Below, piece after piece: positions 48,234 through 58,645 of a DNA stretch of 64,000 bases. The notes beneath the pieces are model-generated. The model was given only the letters and a program-made list of their open reading frames with translations. It made no database searches and had not been told where the DNA came from. The stretch spans positions 704,001 to 768,000 of the forward strand of contig OZ218778.1 of assembly GCA_965112635.1 (NCBI GenBank), in the 5' to 3' direction. Within the stretch, counting starts at the first letter, position 1. The number at the start of each line of letters is the position of its first letter. A program made the translations under genes and the position numbers. The DNA is from an uncultured bacterium (GTDB taxonomy: Bacteria; Oederibacteriota; Oederibacteriia; Oederibacteriales; Oederibacteriaceae).

Positions 48234-48920
48234 CTACCAAATAAAAGGAATCAGTTTGTACCGCACTTTTTGGGCGTAGCTACGATAACCCGGCAGTTCA
48301 TCTCGCAGCATTTTGTCCTCCAGGACTGTCCTCAAAATTAAAAGGAGGAAAATGGCGACTCCGGCCCACAAGGCCGGGAACGAACCCAGCACCAAGGGTG
48401 CGGCCAGGTTGAAAAAGATGGCGCCCGTATAGCCCGGATGCCGGACATAGGCATACGGCCCTGTGCTCACCACCTTTTGTCCCCGGTCAGCCTGGATGCG
48501 GGCATGGCTGGAAAAAAAGGGATTGGAGGCCATAGCCCACATGGACAGGCTGTTGGAAACAACCATGACGCCAAGGCACAGCAGGACCACATAGAGAGGA
48601 AAAGGAGCGGTCCAGCCGAACCTTTTGTCCAATCCTGCCAGGACCAGATAGGCCAGGGGAAGCACGACCGCGACCAGCATGACCAGCCACCTGTCCCAGG
48701 TTTTGGCTTTTTTTCCGGCGGTCCACCGTTCCTTGACCAGTTCCGGGGACCTGGTGAAAAACCCGGTCAAAGAAACGACCAGAGCAAAATAGGCGACCGT
48801 GAACAGCCAGCCATTGAGCCAGCTCAGGGACCCGGCAGTCCCGAACAGGACCAGGCCGGCCACGAGGCAAGTCGCCACGGCCTGGAAAATAGCTTTCCCG
48901 TAATTTGTTTTTTTATTCAT
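48234..48920 (-). CDS. isoprenylcysteine carboxylmethyltransferase family membrane protein
   Basis: VVSTGPYAYVRHPGY, EDKMLRDELPGY, YKLIPFIW. Confidence 0.9.
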   Translation of the reverse strand: MNKKTNYGKAIFQAVATCLVAGLVLFGTAGSLSWLNGWLFTVAYFALVVSLTGFFTRSPELVKERWTAGKKAKTWDRWLVMLVAVVLPLAYLVLAGLDKRFGWTAPFPLYVVLLCLGVMVVSNSLSMWAMASNPFFSSHARIQADRGQKVVSTGPYAYVRHPGYTGAIFFNLAAPLVLGSFPALWAGVAIFLLLILRTVLEDKMLRDELPGYRSYAQKVRYKLIPFIW

Positions 48921-48959
48921 TATATGTCTCCCCTGTTAAACCATTCTAAAAACAGTTCA

Positions 48960-49151
48960 TGTCAAAACGCTTTTTGACACAATCGCCTTGGAGCGGGAAC
49001 GCAGAACAGCTGGTTCTACACAAACTCTCTTGAAGGGAATCGCATTACAACAAGAGAGTTTGACGCATTTTTACAAAGGCGATCGAAGTTCCTCCCGTAA
49101 AGACCTGCGGTCCACGGGATAAAAGTCCCGTAGAAACCTCTGGTCCACGGG
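48960..49151. repeat. cluster of palindromes and a tandem REP-like pair
   Basis: TGTCAAAA-CGCT-TTTTGACA; CAAACTCTCTTG/CAAGAGAGTTTG; two TCCCGTA...GGTCCACGGG units (49093-49119, 49126-49151). Confidence 0.6.
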
Positions 49152-49153
49152 TT

Positions 49154-50302
49154 TTACCGCATTATCTTTCCCGACCAAAGTTCTTCCAGAAAAATATTCC
49201 AGGGCAGTATCCGGATGTTTCCCATCTTACGGGGTTTCGCGTCCCGTGATACCAGCAGCGCCTCTTTGACGCGGTATTCTTCCTGGAATGCTCTGAGCCC
49301 CCTGGCGTGGCGGTCGTCGGCGGTTTGGGCCGCTTTAACTTCCACCACCACTTCATGGTCCCCCAGGATAAAATCCACCTCCAGCTGTGAGGCGGTCCGC
49401 CAAAAGCACACCGGGTAATCCAAGCCGCTGTAACGGCTATGGGCCCAGATTTCCTGGAAAAGGAAGTGCTCAAAGGCCTTGCCAAAGGACTCGCCCCCCT
49501 CGGAGACTTTCCCGCGTTTCAAAAGATGGCCGGCCACCCCGACATCAAAAAAGTAGAACTTGGGCGCCTGGATGACCCTGCGTTTGGGATTTTTCCTAAA
49601 GGAGGATATCTGGGTCGCCACCAGGGTATCCTCCAGGATCTGGAAATATTCCTTTACCGTCGGCGGGCTGATGCCGCATTCCGTGGCGATATTTTGGTAG
49701 TTGAGGATCTCCCCATTGCTGAAGGCCGCGGCTTCCAGAAAACGGGCGAAGGCGGGGATGTTGCGGGCCAAAGCCTCGGCGGCGATCTCTTCTTTTAGAT
49801 AGTCCCCCAGGTAAGCAGCCATAAGTTTTTCGGCATCCTCGACCAGGTAATGCCGCGGCAGGAGGCCGTGGTTCAAGGCTCTGGTAAGGTCAAACCCGGG
49901 TATTTCCGCGCTGACCAGGGGGTGCAGCTCGTACCTCAAGGCCCGGCCTCCCAGCAGGTTGGCCCCGGAACGTTTCAGTTTCCGGGCGCTGGAGCCGCAC
50001 AGGATAAAGGAGAGATGGTGGTTGACGATCAGCCATTGGATCTCATCCAGCAAAGCCGGGCACTTTTGGACTTCATCAATGATAATGGGGGTCCCGGGAG
50101 CCGGAAGCGCGGCCAGGATCTCCTCCCTCAAAAGAGCGGGATGCCGCGACAACCGGGCGTATTCGTCTGACAGGAGGAGATCGTAGTAGGGCGCTTGGGG
50201 GAAAAACTCCTTTAACAGCGTACTTTTCCCGGTCTGCCTGGCGCCCCAAAGAAAGGCGCTTTCGTTTTTTCGTCCCTGGAAGGTCTGCAGTCGTTTAAAC
50301 AT
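49154..50302 (-). CDS. AAA_14 ATPase with DUF4143 and C-terminal restriction-endonuclease-like domain
   Basis: GARQTGKS, IIIDEVQ, CGSSARKL, PKFYFFDVG, LEVDFI...EVK. Confidence 0.88.
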   Translation of the reverse strand: MFKRLQTFQGRKNESAFLWGARQTGKSTLLKEFFPQAPYYDLLLSDEYARLSRHPALLREEILAALPAPGTPIIIDEVQKCPALLDEIQWLIVNHHLSFILCGSSARKLKRSGANLLGGRALRYELHPLVSAEIPGFDLTRALNHGLLPRHYLVEDAEKLMAAYLGDYLKEEIAAEALARNIPAFARFLEAAAFSNGEILNYQNIATECGISPPTVKEYFQILEDTLVATQISSFRKNPKRRVIQAPKFYFFDVGVAGHLLKRGKVSEGGESFGKAFEHFLFQEIWAHSRYSGLDYPVCFWRTASQLEVDFILGDHEVVVEVKAAQTADDRHARGLRAFQEEYRVKEALLVSRDAKPRKMGNIRILPWNIFLEELWSGKIMR

Positions 50303-50602
50303 AGACTTAGTTTATCATGATATTATAAACAGTCAACTTAGAATGTCATAAAGCAAGGACACCACGGACAGAGCTCTCCTAGAGGGCCCTCGGCTTCGCC
50401 AGCCTCGACGGCTAGGCTCACAATGACAATTTGAGCAGGGAATCGCTTGTTTTGCTATATTAAATAATGAAAAACATCAAAGTGTCCAAATATGTTAAAA
50501 ATAGTCAAAATATTATCAATTTTTGATGATATTTATCACTTTTTGATAGTTTTTTGTCAGTTATTGACAATTTTGAACATGTTTTTAACATAAATGAAAC
50601 CT

Positions 50603-52066
50603 TCAACCTTTTATGGTAGCTAAAGGCCTTAATTTTGCCACCTTTTTGGATATGCCCAACTGGTGTACCACCTCCACAACCTCATTGACATCTTTGTAGG
50701 CCTCCGGGCTTTCCTCAGCCACAGTCCCGCTATCCCGGGCTTTTAAAAATACCCCGTATTTTTCCATCATTTCCCTGGGGATATTATGCCCCTGCCCCAG
50801 CTTGAGGGCCGCGGTCCGGCTCATCAGCCGGCCTGCGCCGTGGCAGGTGGAACCAAAAGTCTCCTTCATAGCCAGGTCCGTGCCTTTGAGCACATAGGAG
50901 GCCCTGCCCATATCCCCGGGGATGAAGACCGGCTGGCCGACGGGCCTGTATTTGGCCGGGATCTGGCTGTTTCCCGGCCCAAAAGCCCGGGTAGCCCCTT
51001 TGCGGTGCACGCAGACCTTGCGGAGCTTCCCCTGGACCAAATGTTCCTCGATCTTGGCGCTGTTGTGGGCCACGTCATAGACGAGTTCCAGCCCCAGGTC
51101 CCGGGCTTTTCTTCCCATTACCTGGCTGAAGGTGTCCCGGACCCAGCAGGTGATGAGCTGGCGGTTGGCAAAGGCGTAATTGACCGCACAGGCCATAGCG
51201 GCCAAATAGTGGCGGCCCTCCTTTGATCTAATGGGCGCGCAGGCCAGCTGGCGGTCAGGCAAGTCAAACCCAAAATCCCCTTTTTTGCTGTTGAGGAGTT
51301 TCAAATGGTCGTCGCAGACCTGGTAACCGAACCCCCTAGAGCCGGTGTGCAGGAGAACGGCCGCCTGACCCAAAAAAAGCCCGAAGGTTGTCGCGGCTTC
51401 TGCGTCGTAAATTTCCTCCACCACCTGTATTTCCAAAAAATGGTTGCCCGAACCCAGAGTGCCCAGCTGTTTTTTGCCCCGCTCCCTGGCCCGAAGACTC
51501 ACCAGCTCCGGGTCCGCGCCAATATAGGAACCTGTTTCCTCGATGTATTCCAGATCGTCAAAATCATCCTGGCTTTGGCCAAAACCCTGCTCCACCACCC
51601 AGCCCGCGCCTAAAGCGCAGACCTTGGCCGTGTCCTGGGGCGAAAGTTTGACCTTGCCCTCAGACCCCACGCCGGTGGGGATGTTGTCGTAAAGTTTCAG
51701 GATTAGTTTTTTCAGGACATCAGCAGGAAGGTCCTTTAGGCTGAGCTGGGTCCGGAGCAGTCTCACCCCGCAATTGATGTCATAGCCCACTCCGCCCGGC
51801 GACACCACGCCCTCGTCGCAGTCCATGGCCGCCACGCCTCCGATGGGAAACCCGTAGCCCCAGTGAATGTCCGGCATGGCGTAAGAGTAACGCAGGATGC
51901 CCGGCAGATGCGCCACATGGGCCACCTGCTCCAGAGCGTTATCATGCTGCATGGCCCGCATCATGGCCTCGCTGGCCAGGATGCGTCCCGCTACTCTCAT
52001 GCCGGCCTCGCTGTCCTGGGGGATCTCCCAGCAGTAGTCGTTGATCTTTTTTATCTTAACTTCCAT
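50603..52066 (-). CDS. rtcB: RtcB RNA-splicing/repair ligase
   Basis: DIHWGYGFPIG, DINCG, GSGNHFLE, HTGSRG, HRKGAT, STCHGAGR. Confidence 0.95.
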   Translation of the reverse strand: MEVKIKKINDYCWEIPQDSEAGMRVAGRILASEAMMRAMQHDNALEQVAHVAHLPGILRYSYAMPDIHWGYGFPIGGVAAMDCDEGVVSPGGVGYDINCGVRLLRTQLSLKDLPADVLKKLILKLYDNIPTGVGSEGKVKLSPQDTAKVCALGAGWVVEQGFGQSQDDFDDLEYIEETGSYIGADPELVSLRARERGKKQLGTLGSGNHFLEIQVVEEIYDAEAATTFGLFLGQAAVLLHTGSRGFGYQVCDDHLKLLNSKKGDFGFDLPDRQLACAPIRSKEGRHYLAAMACAVNYAFANRQLITCWVRDTFSQVMGRKARDLGLELVYDVAHNSAKIEEHLVQGKLRKVCVHRKGATRAFGPGNSQIPAKYRPVGQPVFIPGDMGRASYVLKGTDLAMKETFGSTCHGAGRLMSRTAALKLGQGHNIPREMMEKYGVFLKARDSGTVAEESPEAYKDVNEVVEVVHQLGISKKVAKLRPLATIKG

Positions 52067-52187
52067 CAAAAGCCTTTCTCCTGGAATTATTAATTGTATT
52101 ACCCTCTTGGCCGAATATAATAGGTCTCACACAGGAAATATCCATCCTTCTTAGAAAATATTTTGCCGGCCAAGGAGCAATGACCTG

Positions 52188-54092
52188 ATGGGTGATCTGA
52201 AAAAATGGAGTTTTAGTTCGTTCCTCCTTATCCTGCTCCTGGCCGCGACCTTTTTCTCCCTGAGCTTCACCCTGTTCTGCAGGATGGACGCCTGGATGGA
52301 TTCGGACAACGCCTCGGACGCTTTTTTGGCCAGGGAAATGCTGCATGAGCACAGCCTTCTCCCCGCGACCTGGTTCTACAGCTCCGAAATAAAGGTCCTC
52401 TCCGCCCCGCTCTTGATAGCGCCCGTCCTGCAATGGACCCACGACCTGATGCTGTCGCGCTCTCTGGCCAGTATCCTGCTCGTCCTGTTCTTGTGCTTTG
52501 TCTGGGCCGCGTACCTGAGGTCGCTGCGGCAGACCTGGTTTGCCATCGGCCTGACGCTCCTGCTTTTGCTGAGTCCCCTGTCTTCGCCGGCTGTTTTGGA
52601 CAGTTTTTTTATCACGGCCAACTACGACCCCTTCATCATCTGCATCCTGCTCGTCCTGATGGCGGTCAACCGCCTGGCGGACGCCAAAAAAACTCTCCTG
52701 AACAGCCTCACCCTGGGGCTGGTCCTCTTGCTGTCCTATCTGCTGGGCCTGTCCGGGCCGCGCTTCCTGGCCTGCCTGTTCCTTCCGCTTCTTATGACCG
52801 AACTGCTCCTGAACTTGTTTCGCCAAAAGCACCTGTTCTCCAAAAATATCGTCCTCAGCCTGGCCCTGGTCCTGCTGTGCGGCCTGGGCTACCTGCACAC
52901 CAGATCTTTGGCGGCCTCAGGCGTCCTGCACTACTCGGATTATTCCTCCATCAGGATGGCGGGCTGGGCAGACCTCCCGCTACGCCTCCTCCGGGCTTGC
53001 AGCGCCATGCTGGTCTTGGCCGGCGGGCTTCGCCCGGTCCCGTTGGCCAGCCTGGCCGGGCTGGCCACGCTTTATCAGGCCCTGTTCTTCTTTTTCCTTT
53101 GTTTTGCCGCTGTTTCCGCGGTGTTCCGGTGGAAAACCCGTTCAGAAAGGCAAAAGCGCCTGGTCCTGTTTTTCTGGACAGCCGCGGCCATCAACTTTGG
53201 CTATATCGTGCTTTCAGCCATCCGCATTTCCGAACGCTACCATCTCCTGACCCTGGTCTTTATGTTCCTCCTGTTGCCCCTGCTCCTGGACACGGCCCCC
53301 CAGCGTCCTTTCCCCAAGGCCGTTCTCTTCCTTTTGATCATCCTGGAGGTCCTCGCGGTCCAATACCAGGTCATGGTCAGGGAAAGTTATCTCAAACCAG
53401 CCCAGGTGGACCAGCGCCGGGTCGTCGATTATCTGGAGAAGAACGGCTACACCTTCGGCTATGCCACTTACTGGCACGCGGGCCTCTTGTCCCTGCTGTC
53501 CAACGGACAGGTGGAGATAGCCCACATCCACGGAGCGCTTTTTTCGGCGCCGGCGCTCTGGCTGACCCCCAGCCGCTATTACGACCGCAACTACCATCCC
53601 GGCCGGACTTTCCTCCTGCTCACCTCAGACGAGGCCGCCCGGGCTCCGGAAACTCTTTTATGGGGTTCGGTGAAGCAGGCTGAGGTGGCCGGCTATGTGA
53701 TCTACGGCTGGGAGAACAATCCCTTTGATTTTTTGCTTTTTTTTCCCTGGGAACACAGGGACCTGGACTTGGCCCATCTGCCCCGGCAGGGAGGAAAAAC
53801 GAACAAGGACGGCTCCCTACTGCTCCAGCCCGGAGAGCGTGTCTACGGGCCGTTCTGGACGCTGTCGCCTGGAAAATATTTGCTCAAGCTGGGGTTCAAG
53901 GCCGGCCAAAAGATCAAAGCAAGGGTTTTGGTCTGCTCCGGAGAAGATCTGATAACCCAGGCCGTGGTCTCCCGCGATACGGCGATCCCTTTCAGCCTGG
54001 CCCAAAGCACGCCCAGCCTGGACTTCCCGGTTTACAACCCTGGCCCCGGTCCCTTGACCGTCCGAGCCATGTCCCTGGAAGCCGTGAAGTAA
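52188..54092 (+). CDS. multi-pass membrane protein, GT-C glycosyltransferase-like
   Basis: DSDNAS acidic loop after the first TM; more than 10 TM segments; GYATYW; C-terminal YGPFWTLSPGKY domain. Confidence 0.65.
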   Translation: MGDLKKWSFSSFLLILLLAATFFSLSFTLFCRMDAWMDSDNASDAFLAREMLHEHSLLPATWFYSSEIKVLSAPLLIAPVLQWTHDLMLSRSLASILLVLFLCFVWAAYLRSLRQTWFAIGLTLLLLLSPLSSPAVLDSFFITANYDPFIICILLVLMAVNRLADAKKTLLNSLTLGLVLLLSYLLGLSGPRFLACLFLPLLMTELLLNLFRQKHLFSKNIVLSLALVLLCGLGYLHTRSLAASGVLHYSDYSSIRMAGWADLPLRLLRACSAMLVLAGGLRPVPLASLAGLATLYQALFFFFLCFAAVSAVFRWKTRSERQKRLVLFFWTAAAINFGYIVLSAIRISERYHLLTLVFMFLLLPLLLDTAPQRPFPKAVLFLLIILEVLAVQYQVMVRESYLKPAQVDQRRVVDYLEKNGYTFGYATYWHAGLLSLLSNGQVEIAHIHGALFSAPALWLTPSRYYDRNYHPGRTFLLLTSDEAARAPETLLWGSVKQAEVAGYVIYGWENNPFDFLLFFPWEHRDLDLAHLPRQGGKTNKDGSLLLQPGERVYGPFWTLSPGKYLLKLGFKAGQKIKARVLVCSGEDLITQAVVSRDTAIPFSLAQSTPSLDFPVYNPGPGPLTVRAMSLEAVK

Positions 54093-54103
54093 CCTTGGCC
54101 GGA

Positions 54104-56611
54104 TCAGCGCAGGTTTTTCAACAAATATTCGCCGCTCAGGCGGACATTCCAGTACGGACTCGCCAGACAAAGCTTGATCTCCTGTTTCAGCGAGGCCAAA
54201 GGCGGATGTATCCTGGCCAGGGCTTTGGCCGCGGGCAGGCTCAGCGACCAGTTCAACAGCAGAGGTTTTAGGGACGCTACAGCCGGCCCGGCCTCCGGCC
54301 CGATATTGCCCAGGGCCATGACGCAGCTGGACAGCAGCCGGCCGTCGCTCATGGCCTCTATAAGCACAGGCACAGCCGGTTTGGCCGCGGCCCCCATTTT
54401 GCCCACGCTATAAACCGCCATGTTTTTGAGGTCGTACGACCTTCCCGGCCTCTGGATGATCTTTTCCAGCAGGCCCAGGCTGTTCCTGGCTCCGCCGGCC
54501 ATCCGCGAGAGCGCGTAGACCGGCATGAGTGAACTTTCCTCGTCCGAATCCCTCAGCCCTTGCACGAGCCCGGGAATATTTTTTTCTCCCCCGCGGGCCA
54601 GAAGTGCCGCCGCGCCGCATTGCCGCCTCCAGTCCGCGTCGGTCAAATGAACGAGGGCTCCTGCCGCACCGGCCCCCTCTTTTTTGATCACGGCTTCGCT
54701 CTGGCTGAGCTCGCGGTCCAGCTCCAGGCTGGCGCTGCCCGGGACAGCCCTATGGCCCAGGTCAAAGCAAAGATAATCTTCTCCGCTCAAGACCCCGGCC
54801 TCCGGCACGATCCAGCGGCTGAAAAATTCCGCGGACTCCGGGCACAGGACGGTCCGGTGCAGGACGATGTACCTGACCTTGTTCCGGCTGAGGAACTCCC
54901 TCCATTGGCCGACCTCCGCCCTTTCCGGCGGGAAAGAGCCCGGCACCTTTTGGCGCTGATCGAGATCGTTGAGCACCCAGTCCGCGGCCAGGGCCTCTCC
55001 GGTCCGGCGCGGTATCCTGGACACATAACCGCTGATGATATTTTTCTGGTGCACGATCTGGTAGGTCTGCCCTGAGACCTTCATGTATTTTCCGTAAAGA
55101 AGCATGCCGTCCTTGGCCATAAAGGGAATTTCCAGCACCGTGCACGGCTCCGGGTCGCGGGCCATGACCCTGTAAATATCGGGGATAGGGGGATATTGGT
55201 ACAGCGGCAAAGGAAAGCACAAAAACTCGAACAAAAGGCCGGCCGCCGCCAGGGACCCGGCCAGCCAGGACCAGATACGCCGCCCTGCCAAAACCTCTTT
55301 CCAGCGGTCCCAGCAAAAACCCAGCGTCAGGCCCAGGCCGAGCATGGCCAGGACCATGAGCCTGGCGGGAACATGGAAATTCTTTATCACCGGCAGGTAC
55401 TGCGTCAGCAGGAAAGGTAGGGGCAGGGGCAGGCCGAGCACGGTCACCAGGCTGGCGTTGGCCCGGAGCGCCGGCCCTAAACTGAAGATGAGAAAAAATA
55501 AAAAAGCCGCCAGCCACATCCCGGCCTCTTTGCGCCTGAAAGCTTTTATAAAAAACCCGGAAACCAGCAGGGCCGCGCAGGTCCAGCCCAGGAAAACCGT
55601 GTTCTCGTAGGAGTAGAACGCAGAGTCCCCGGAAAAAAACCTGTGGAAAACCGGATGCAGGAACGAGGGAGTGAAGAGGGCGGTCAGGTCGGCAGAGTTG
55701 CGGCTGCAGACGGCGTAGTTGGATTGGAAATGCCGGACCAGGTCCTGCAGCGGCAAACCGCCTCCCAGATAGCGGCCGAACTGACGCAGGTCCGTGGACA
55801 GGCTGGAGCCGTTGTAGCTATAGACATTGGAATCCATGGATAAAACCGCGGATAGGAACGGAGCAAGCAAAACCAGGAATGGAAGGGACAAAGCCAGCGC
55901 CTGCGCCCAGCCAAAGGCAGGGACCTTGTCCCTGGGCCGGTCATGAAAAATGAAAAGGAGCAGGCCGAGGCCCAGGCACCAGAACACGCTGACTTGCTCC
56001 GCCCACGCCTGCAGGCCCAAAAAAACAGAGGCCCACAGGGCGTCTAGCCGCCTTCTTTTCCGGAAATACCTCGTCAGGAACAAAAGGAAGAACGGGACCG
56101 CTTCGGTGCTGACGATGGCCAGGTGCCCCGCGGAAATATATCCCATCCGCACCGGAGCGAACCCGAAAACAAAACCAGCCAGAAGGCCAGCTAGAAAACT
56201 CAGCCCGTATTCCCGGGCCAGCATGTACGCGCCCCAGGCTGAAAAACAGAACGAGACCAGATACCCCGCGTTGAAAGCCCGCAAGAGCCCCAGCCAAGGC
56301 TGGAGCAGGGTCTGGTAAACGCCGTGCAAAGGAATGGAACCGTCATAGGCCAGGCTCGCGCCGTAGGGATAAAAGAGCATGCTGGTGTGGAACGGGTTGG
56401 TCCCGTGCCCCAGCGCATAAGCGAAGTGCCAGGCCTCCCAGACGATCAGCTCCGTGTCCCCGCCGAAATTCCATCCGCCGGGAACGCGGGTATCAAAATG
56501 CTGGAACCAGGGCCAGGTATAGAGAGCGGTCAGCAGGATGAACAGGCCCAGGGCCAGGAAAGACTCTCTGGTCCTGTGTCCTGTATCCCGGTTGATGGTC
56601 TTTTTTTTCAT
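54104..56611 (-). CDS. YfhO/GT-C-like membrane protein with C-terminal HEAT repeats
   Basis: GDTELIVW, NPFHTSMLFYPYG, many TM segments, HQKNIISGYVSR; C-terminal AKPAVPVLIEAM HEAT-like repeats. Confidence 0.7.
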   Translation of the reverse strand: MKKKTINRDTGHRTRESFLALGLFILLTALYTWPWFQHFDTRVPGGWNFGGDTELIVWEAWHFAYALGHGTNPFHTSMLFYPYGASLAYDGSIPLHGVYQTLLQPWLGLLRAFNAGYLVSFCFSAWGAYMLAREYGLSFLAGLLAGFVFGFAPVRMGYISAGHLAIVSTEAVPFFLLFLTRYFRKRRRLDALWASVFLGLQAWAEQVSVFWCLGLGLLLFIFHDRPRDKVPAFGWAQALALSLPFLVLLAPFLSAVLSMDSNVYSYNGSSLSTDLRQFGRYLGGGLPLQDLVRHFQSNYAVCSRNSADLTALFTPSFLHPVFHRFFSGDSAFYSYENTVFLGWTCAALLVSGFFIKAFRRKEAGMWLAAFLFFLIFSLGPALRANASLVTVLGLPLPLPFLLTQYLPVIKNFHVPARLMVLAMLGLGLTLGFCWDRWKEVLAGRRIWSWLAGSLAAAGLLFEFLCFPLPLYQYPPIPDIYRVMARDPEPCTVLEIPFMAKDGMLLYGKYMKVSGQTYQIVHQKNIISGYVSRIPRRTGEALAADWVLNDLDQRQKVPGSFPPERAEVGQWREFLSRNKVRYIVLHRTVLCPESAEFFSRWIVPEAGVLSGEDYLCFDLGHRAVPGSASLELDRELSQSEAVIKKEGAGAAGALVHLTDADWRRQCGAAALLARGGEKNIPGLVQGLRDSDEESSLMPVYALSRMAGGARNSLGLLEKIIQRPGRSYDLKNMAVYSVGKMGAAAKPAVPVLIEAMSDGRLLSSCVMALGNIGPEAGPAVASLKPLLLNWSLSLPAAKALARIHPPLASLKQEIKLCLASPYWNVRLSGEYLLKNLR

Positions 56612-56665
56612 GTTTGTGTTTCCTTAAGAAAGAAATCTCCCCGTTAAAAAGGAAAAGGCAGCCGC

Positions 56666-57424
56666 TTAAAATCTCCACGCTTGGAGTTTTTCCATGAACC
56701 CGTGGTCCGTCAGGTCGTAGTGGAGAGGGGTGATGGACACAAAACCCTTTTGCAGGGCGTTCATGTCGCTCCCCTCGGGCTCCTGCAGGCTGAGCTGTTC
56801 GGCGGTCAGCCAGTAATAGACCCCGCCCTTGGGGTCCCGGCGTTTGAGGTAAGTATCGGTGTACTTGAATTTCCCCTGGCGGGTCACGCGGATGCCTTGG
56901 ATACGGGAAAGGGGCTTGTCGGGCACGTTGACGTTCAAAAGGATATTGGAGGGCAAACCGTATTTTTTGATCTTCTCGATGATCCGGCCGGCGATCACGC
57001 CGGCTGTCCCGTAATGCGCCGGTTTTTTGGTCTTGTTCCAGATCGAAACGGCCATGGCGGGAACACCCATGATATTGCCTTCGATGGCCGCGGAGACCGT
57101 GCCAGAATACAGGACATTGGTTCCAGTGTTGTGGCCCGGGTTGATGCCGGACACGACCAGGTCCGGCTTGTGCCGGAGCAGGGCCTTGACCGAAAGTTTG
57201 ACGCAGTCAGCCGGGGTGCCGTTGACGCTAAAACCGAAAAATCTTCCCTTTATCCTGACCGGGGTCACCCGCAGAGGATCGAGCACGGTCAGGGAGTGGC
57301 CGGATGCGCTTTTTTCCGCTTCCGGCGCGACCACGTCGACCTGGGCCTTTTTCTGCAGGGCTTTTTTGAGGACCCTTAAACCTTCGCCTTGGATGCCGTC
57401 GTCGTTGGTCAGAAGGATCCTCAT
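56666..57424 (-). CDS. surE: 5'/3'-nucleotidase SurE
   Basis: ILLTNDDG, GTPADCV, VSGINPG, YSGTVSAA. Confidence 0.95.
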   Translation of the reverse strand: MRILLTNDDGIQGEGLRVLKKALQKKAQVDVVAPEAEKSASGHSLTVLDPLRVTPVRIKGRFFGFSVNGTPADCVKLSVKALLRHKPDLVVSGINPGHNTGTNVLYSGTVSAAIEGNIMGVPAMAVSIWNKTKKPAHYGTAGVIAGRIIEKIKKYGLPSNILLNVNVPDKPLSRIQGIRVTRQGKFKYTDTYLKRRDPKGGVYYWLTAEQLSLQEPEGSDMNALQKGFVSITPLHYDLTDHGFMEKLQAWRF

Positions 57425-57448
57425 TTTTTTTGTCCTATCTCCGCTTGG

Positions 57449-58543
57449 TCAAACATTGAACCGGAAATGCACCACGTCGCCGTCCTGCATGACGTAATCC
57501 TTGCCTTCGGAGCGCAGTAAACCCTTCTCCCGGACCGCCAGCTCCGAACCCAGTTTATCCAGCTCATTAAAGGAAAAAACCTCGGCCCGGATGAATCCCC
57601 TTTCAAAATCAGTGTGGATGACGCCGGCGCACTGGGGCGCTTTCATGCCTTTCTCGAAGGTCCAGGCGCGCGTTTCGTCAGGCCCGCCGGTCAAAAAAGT
57701 CTGCAGTCCCAGAAGCTCGTAGCCGGCCCGGATGAGGGCATTAAGGCCAGGCTCTTTAAGGCCCAGAGAGGCCAAAAACTCGGCCTGCTCTTCTTGAGGG
57801 AGGGCCAGGAGCTCGGCTTCGAGCTGGCAGCACAGGACCACCACCGGGATATGCTGTTTGGCGGCCAAATCCTTGAGGGCTTGGGTATGGCCGGACTCCT
57901 GCTTGAGCCCGGCCTCGTCCACGTTGGCCACATACAAGAGGGGCTTGTGCGTCAAAAGCGCCAAAGAATTTAGAAACTTGGTTTCTTCCTCGTCCCAGGT
58001 GACGAACCGGAGCGACCGGCCCTGGTCTAAAGCATCTTTGGCTTTTTTCAGCACCGCTAACTGAAAGAGCACGGTTTTATCCTGCGACTTGGCTTGCTTG
58101 GCGGCTTTGTCCAAACTCTTGGTCACGGAATCCAGATCTTTGAGCAAAAGTTCGGTCTCGATGATCTCCACGTCACGCTGGGGGTCGATGCTGCCGGCCA
58201 CGTGCACGACATCTTTTTTGTCAAAACAGCGGACCACTTCCACGATGGCCTGGCACTCCCGGATGTGGCTCAAGAACTGGTTGCCCAGTCCTTCGCCCTG
58301 GCTGGCGCCCTTGACCAGGCCCGCGATGTCCACGAACTGCACCTGGGCCGGCACGTTCCTTTTGGGATGGTAGAGCTCCACCAGTCGGTCCAATCTCGCG
58401 TCCGGCACCGCGACCACGCCCACATTGGGGTCGATGGTGCAGAAAGGATAGTTGGCCGCCGCCGCGTTGGCGTGGGTGAGCGCGTTAAAGAGCGTGGACT
58501 TGCCCACATTGGGCATGCCCACGATGCCGCAGGAAAGGCTCAT
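57449..58543 (-). CDS. ychF: redox-regulated ATPase YchF
   Basis: [52 protein letters not shown]. Confidence 0.97.
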   Translation of the reverse strand: MSLSCGIVGMPNVGKSTLFNALTHANAAAANYPFCTIDPNVGVVAVPDARLDRLVELYHPKRNVPAQVQFVDIAGLVKGASQGEGLGNQFLSHIRECQAIVEVVRCFDKKDVVHVAGSIDPQRDVEIIETELLLKDLDSVTKSLDKAAKQAKSQDKTVLFQLAVLKKAKDALDQGRSLRFVTWDEEETKFLNSLALLTHKPLLYVANVDEAGLKQESGHTQALKDLAAKQHIPVVVLCCQLEAELLALPQEEQAEFLASLGLKEPGLNALIRAGYELLGLQTFLTGGPDETRAWTFEKGMKAPQCAGVIHTDFERGFIRAEVFSFNELDKLGSELAVREKGLLRSEGKDYVMQDGDVVHFRFNV

Positions 58544-58645
58544 CTAAAAAAACCTCCGTCCGGTCCTCCCCCGGAAAAACTCCTCCCCTTGAGTTAGGTT
58601 TGCCTGGGGAGGGATGACGCCGTGGTGAAAAGCGCGCGCAAAAAA

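Noticed and set aside
49093-49151. Possible mini CRISPR array
   Set aside because: Only two degenerate units separated by 6 nt; no spacers and no cas genes.
50345-50427. GTCAT...CAATGAC degenerate REP-like element
   Set aside because: Too degenerate and single-copy in this window to support a call.
58560-58645. Possible tRNA or ncRNA between archease and ychF
   Set aside because: Only a TCCTCCCC/GGGGAGGGA REP-like hairpin; no cloverleaf or T-loop consensus.
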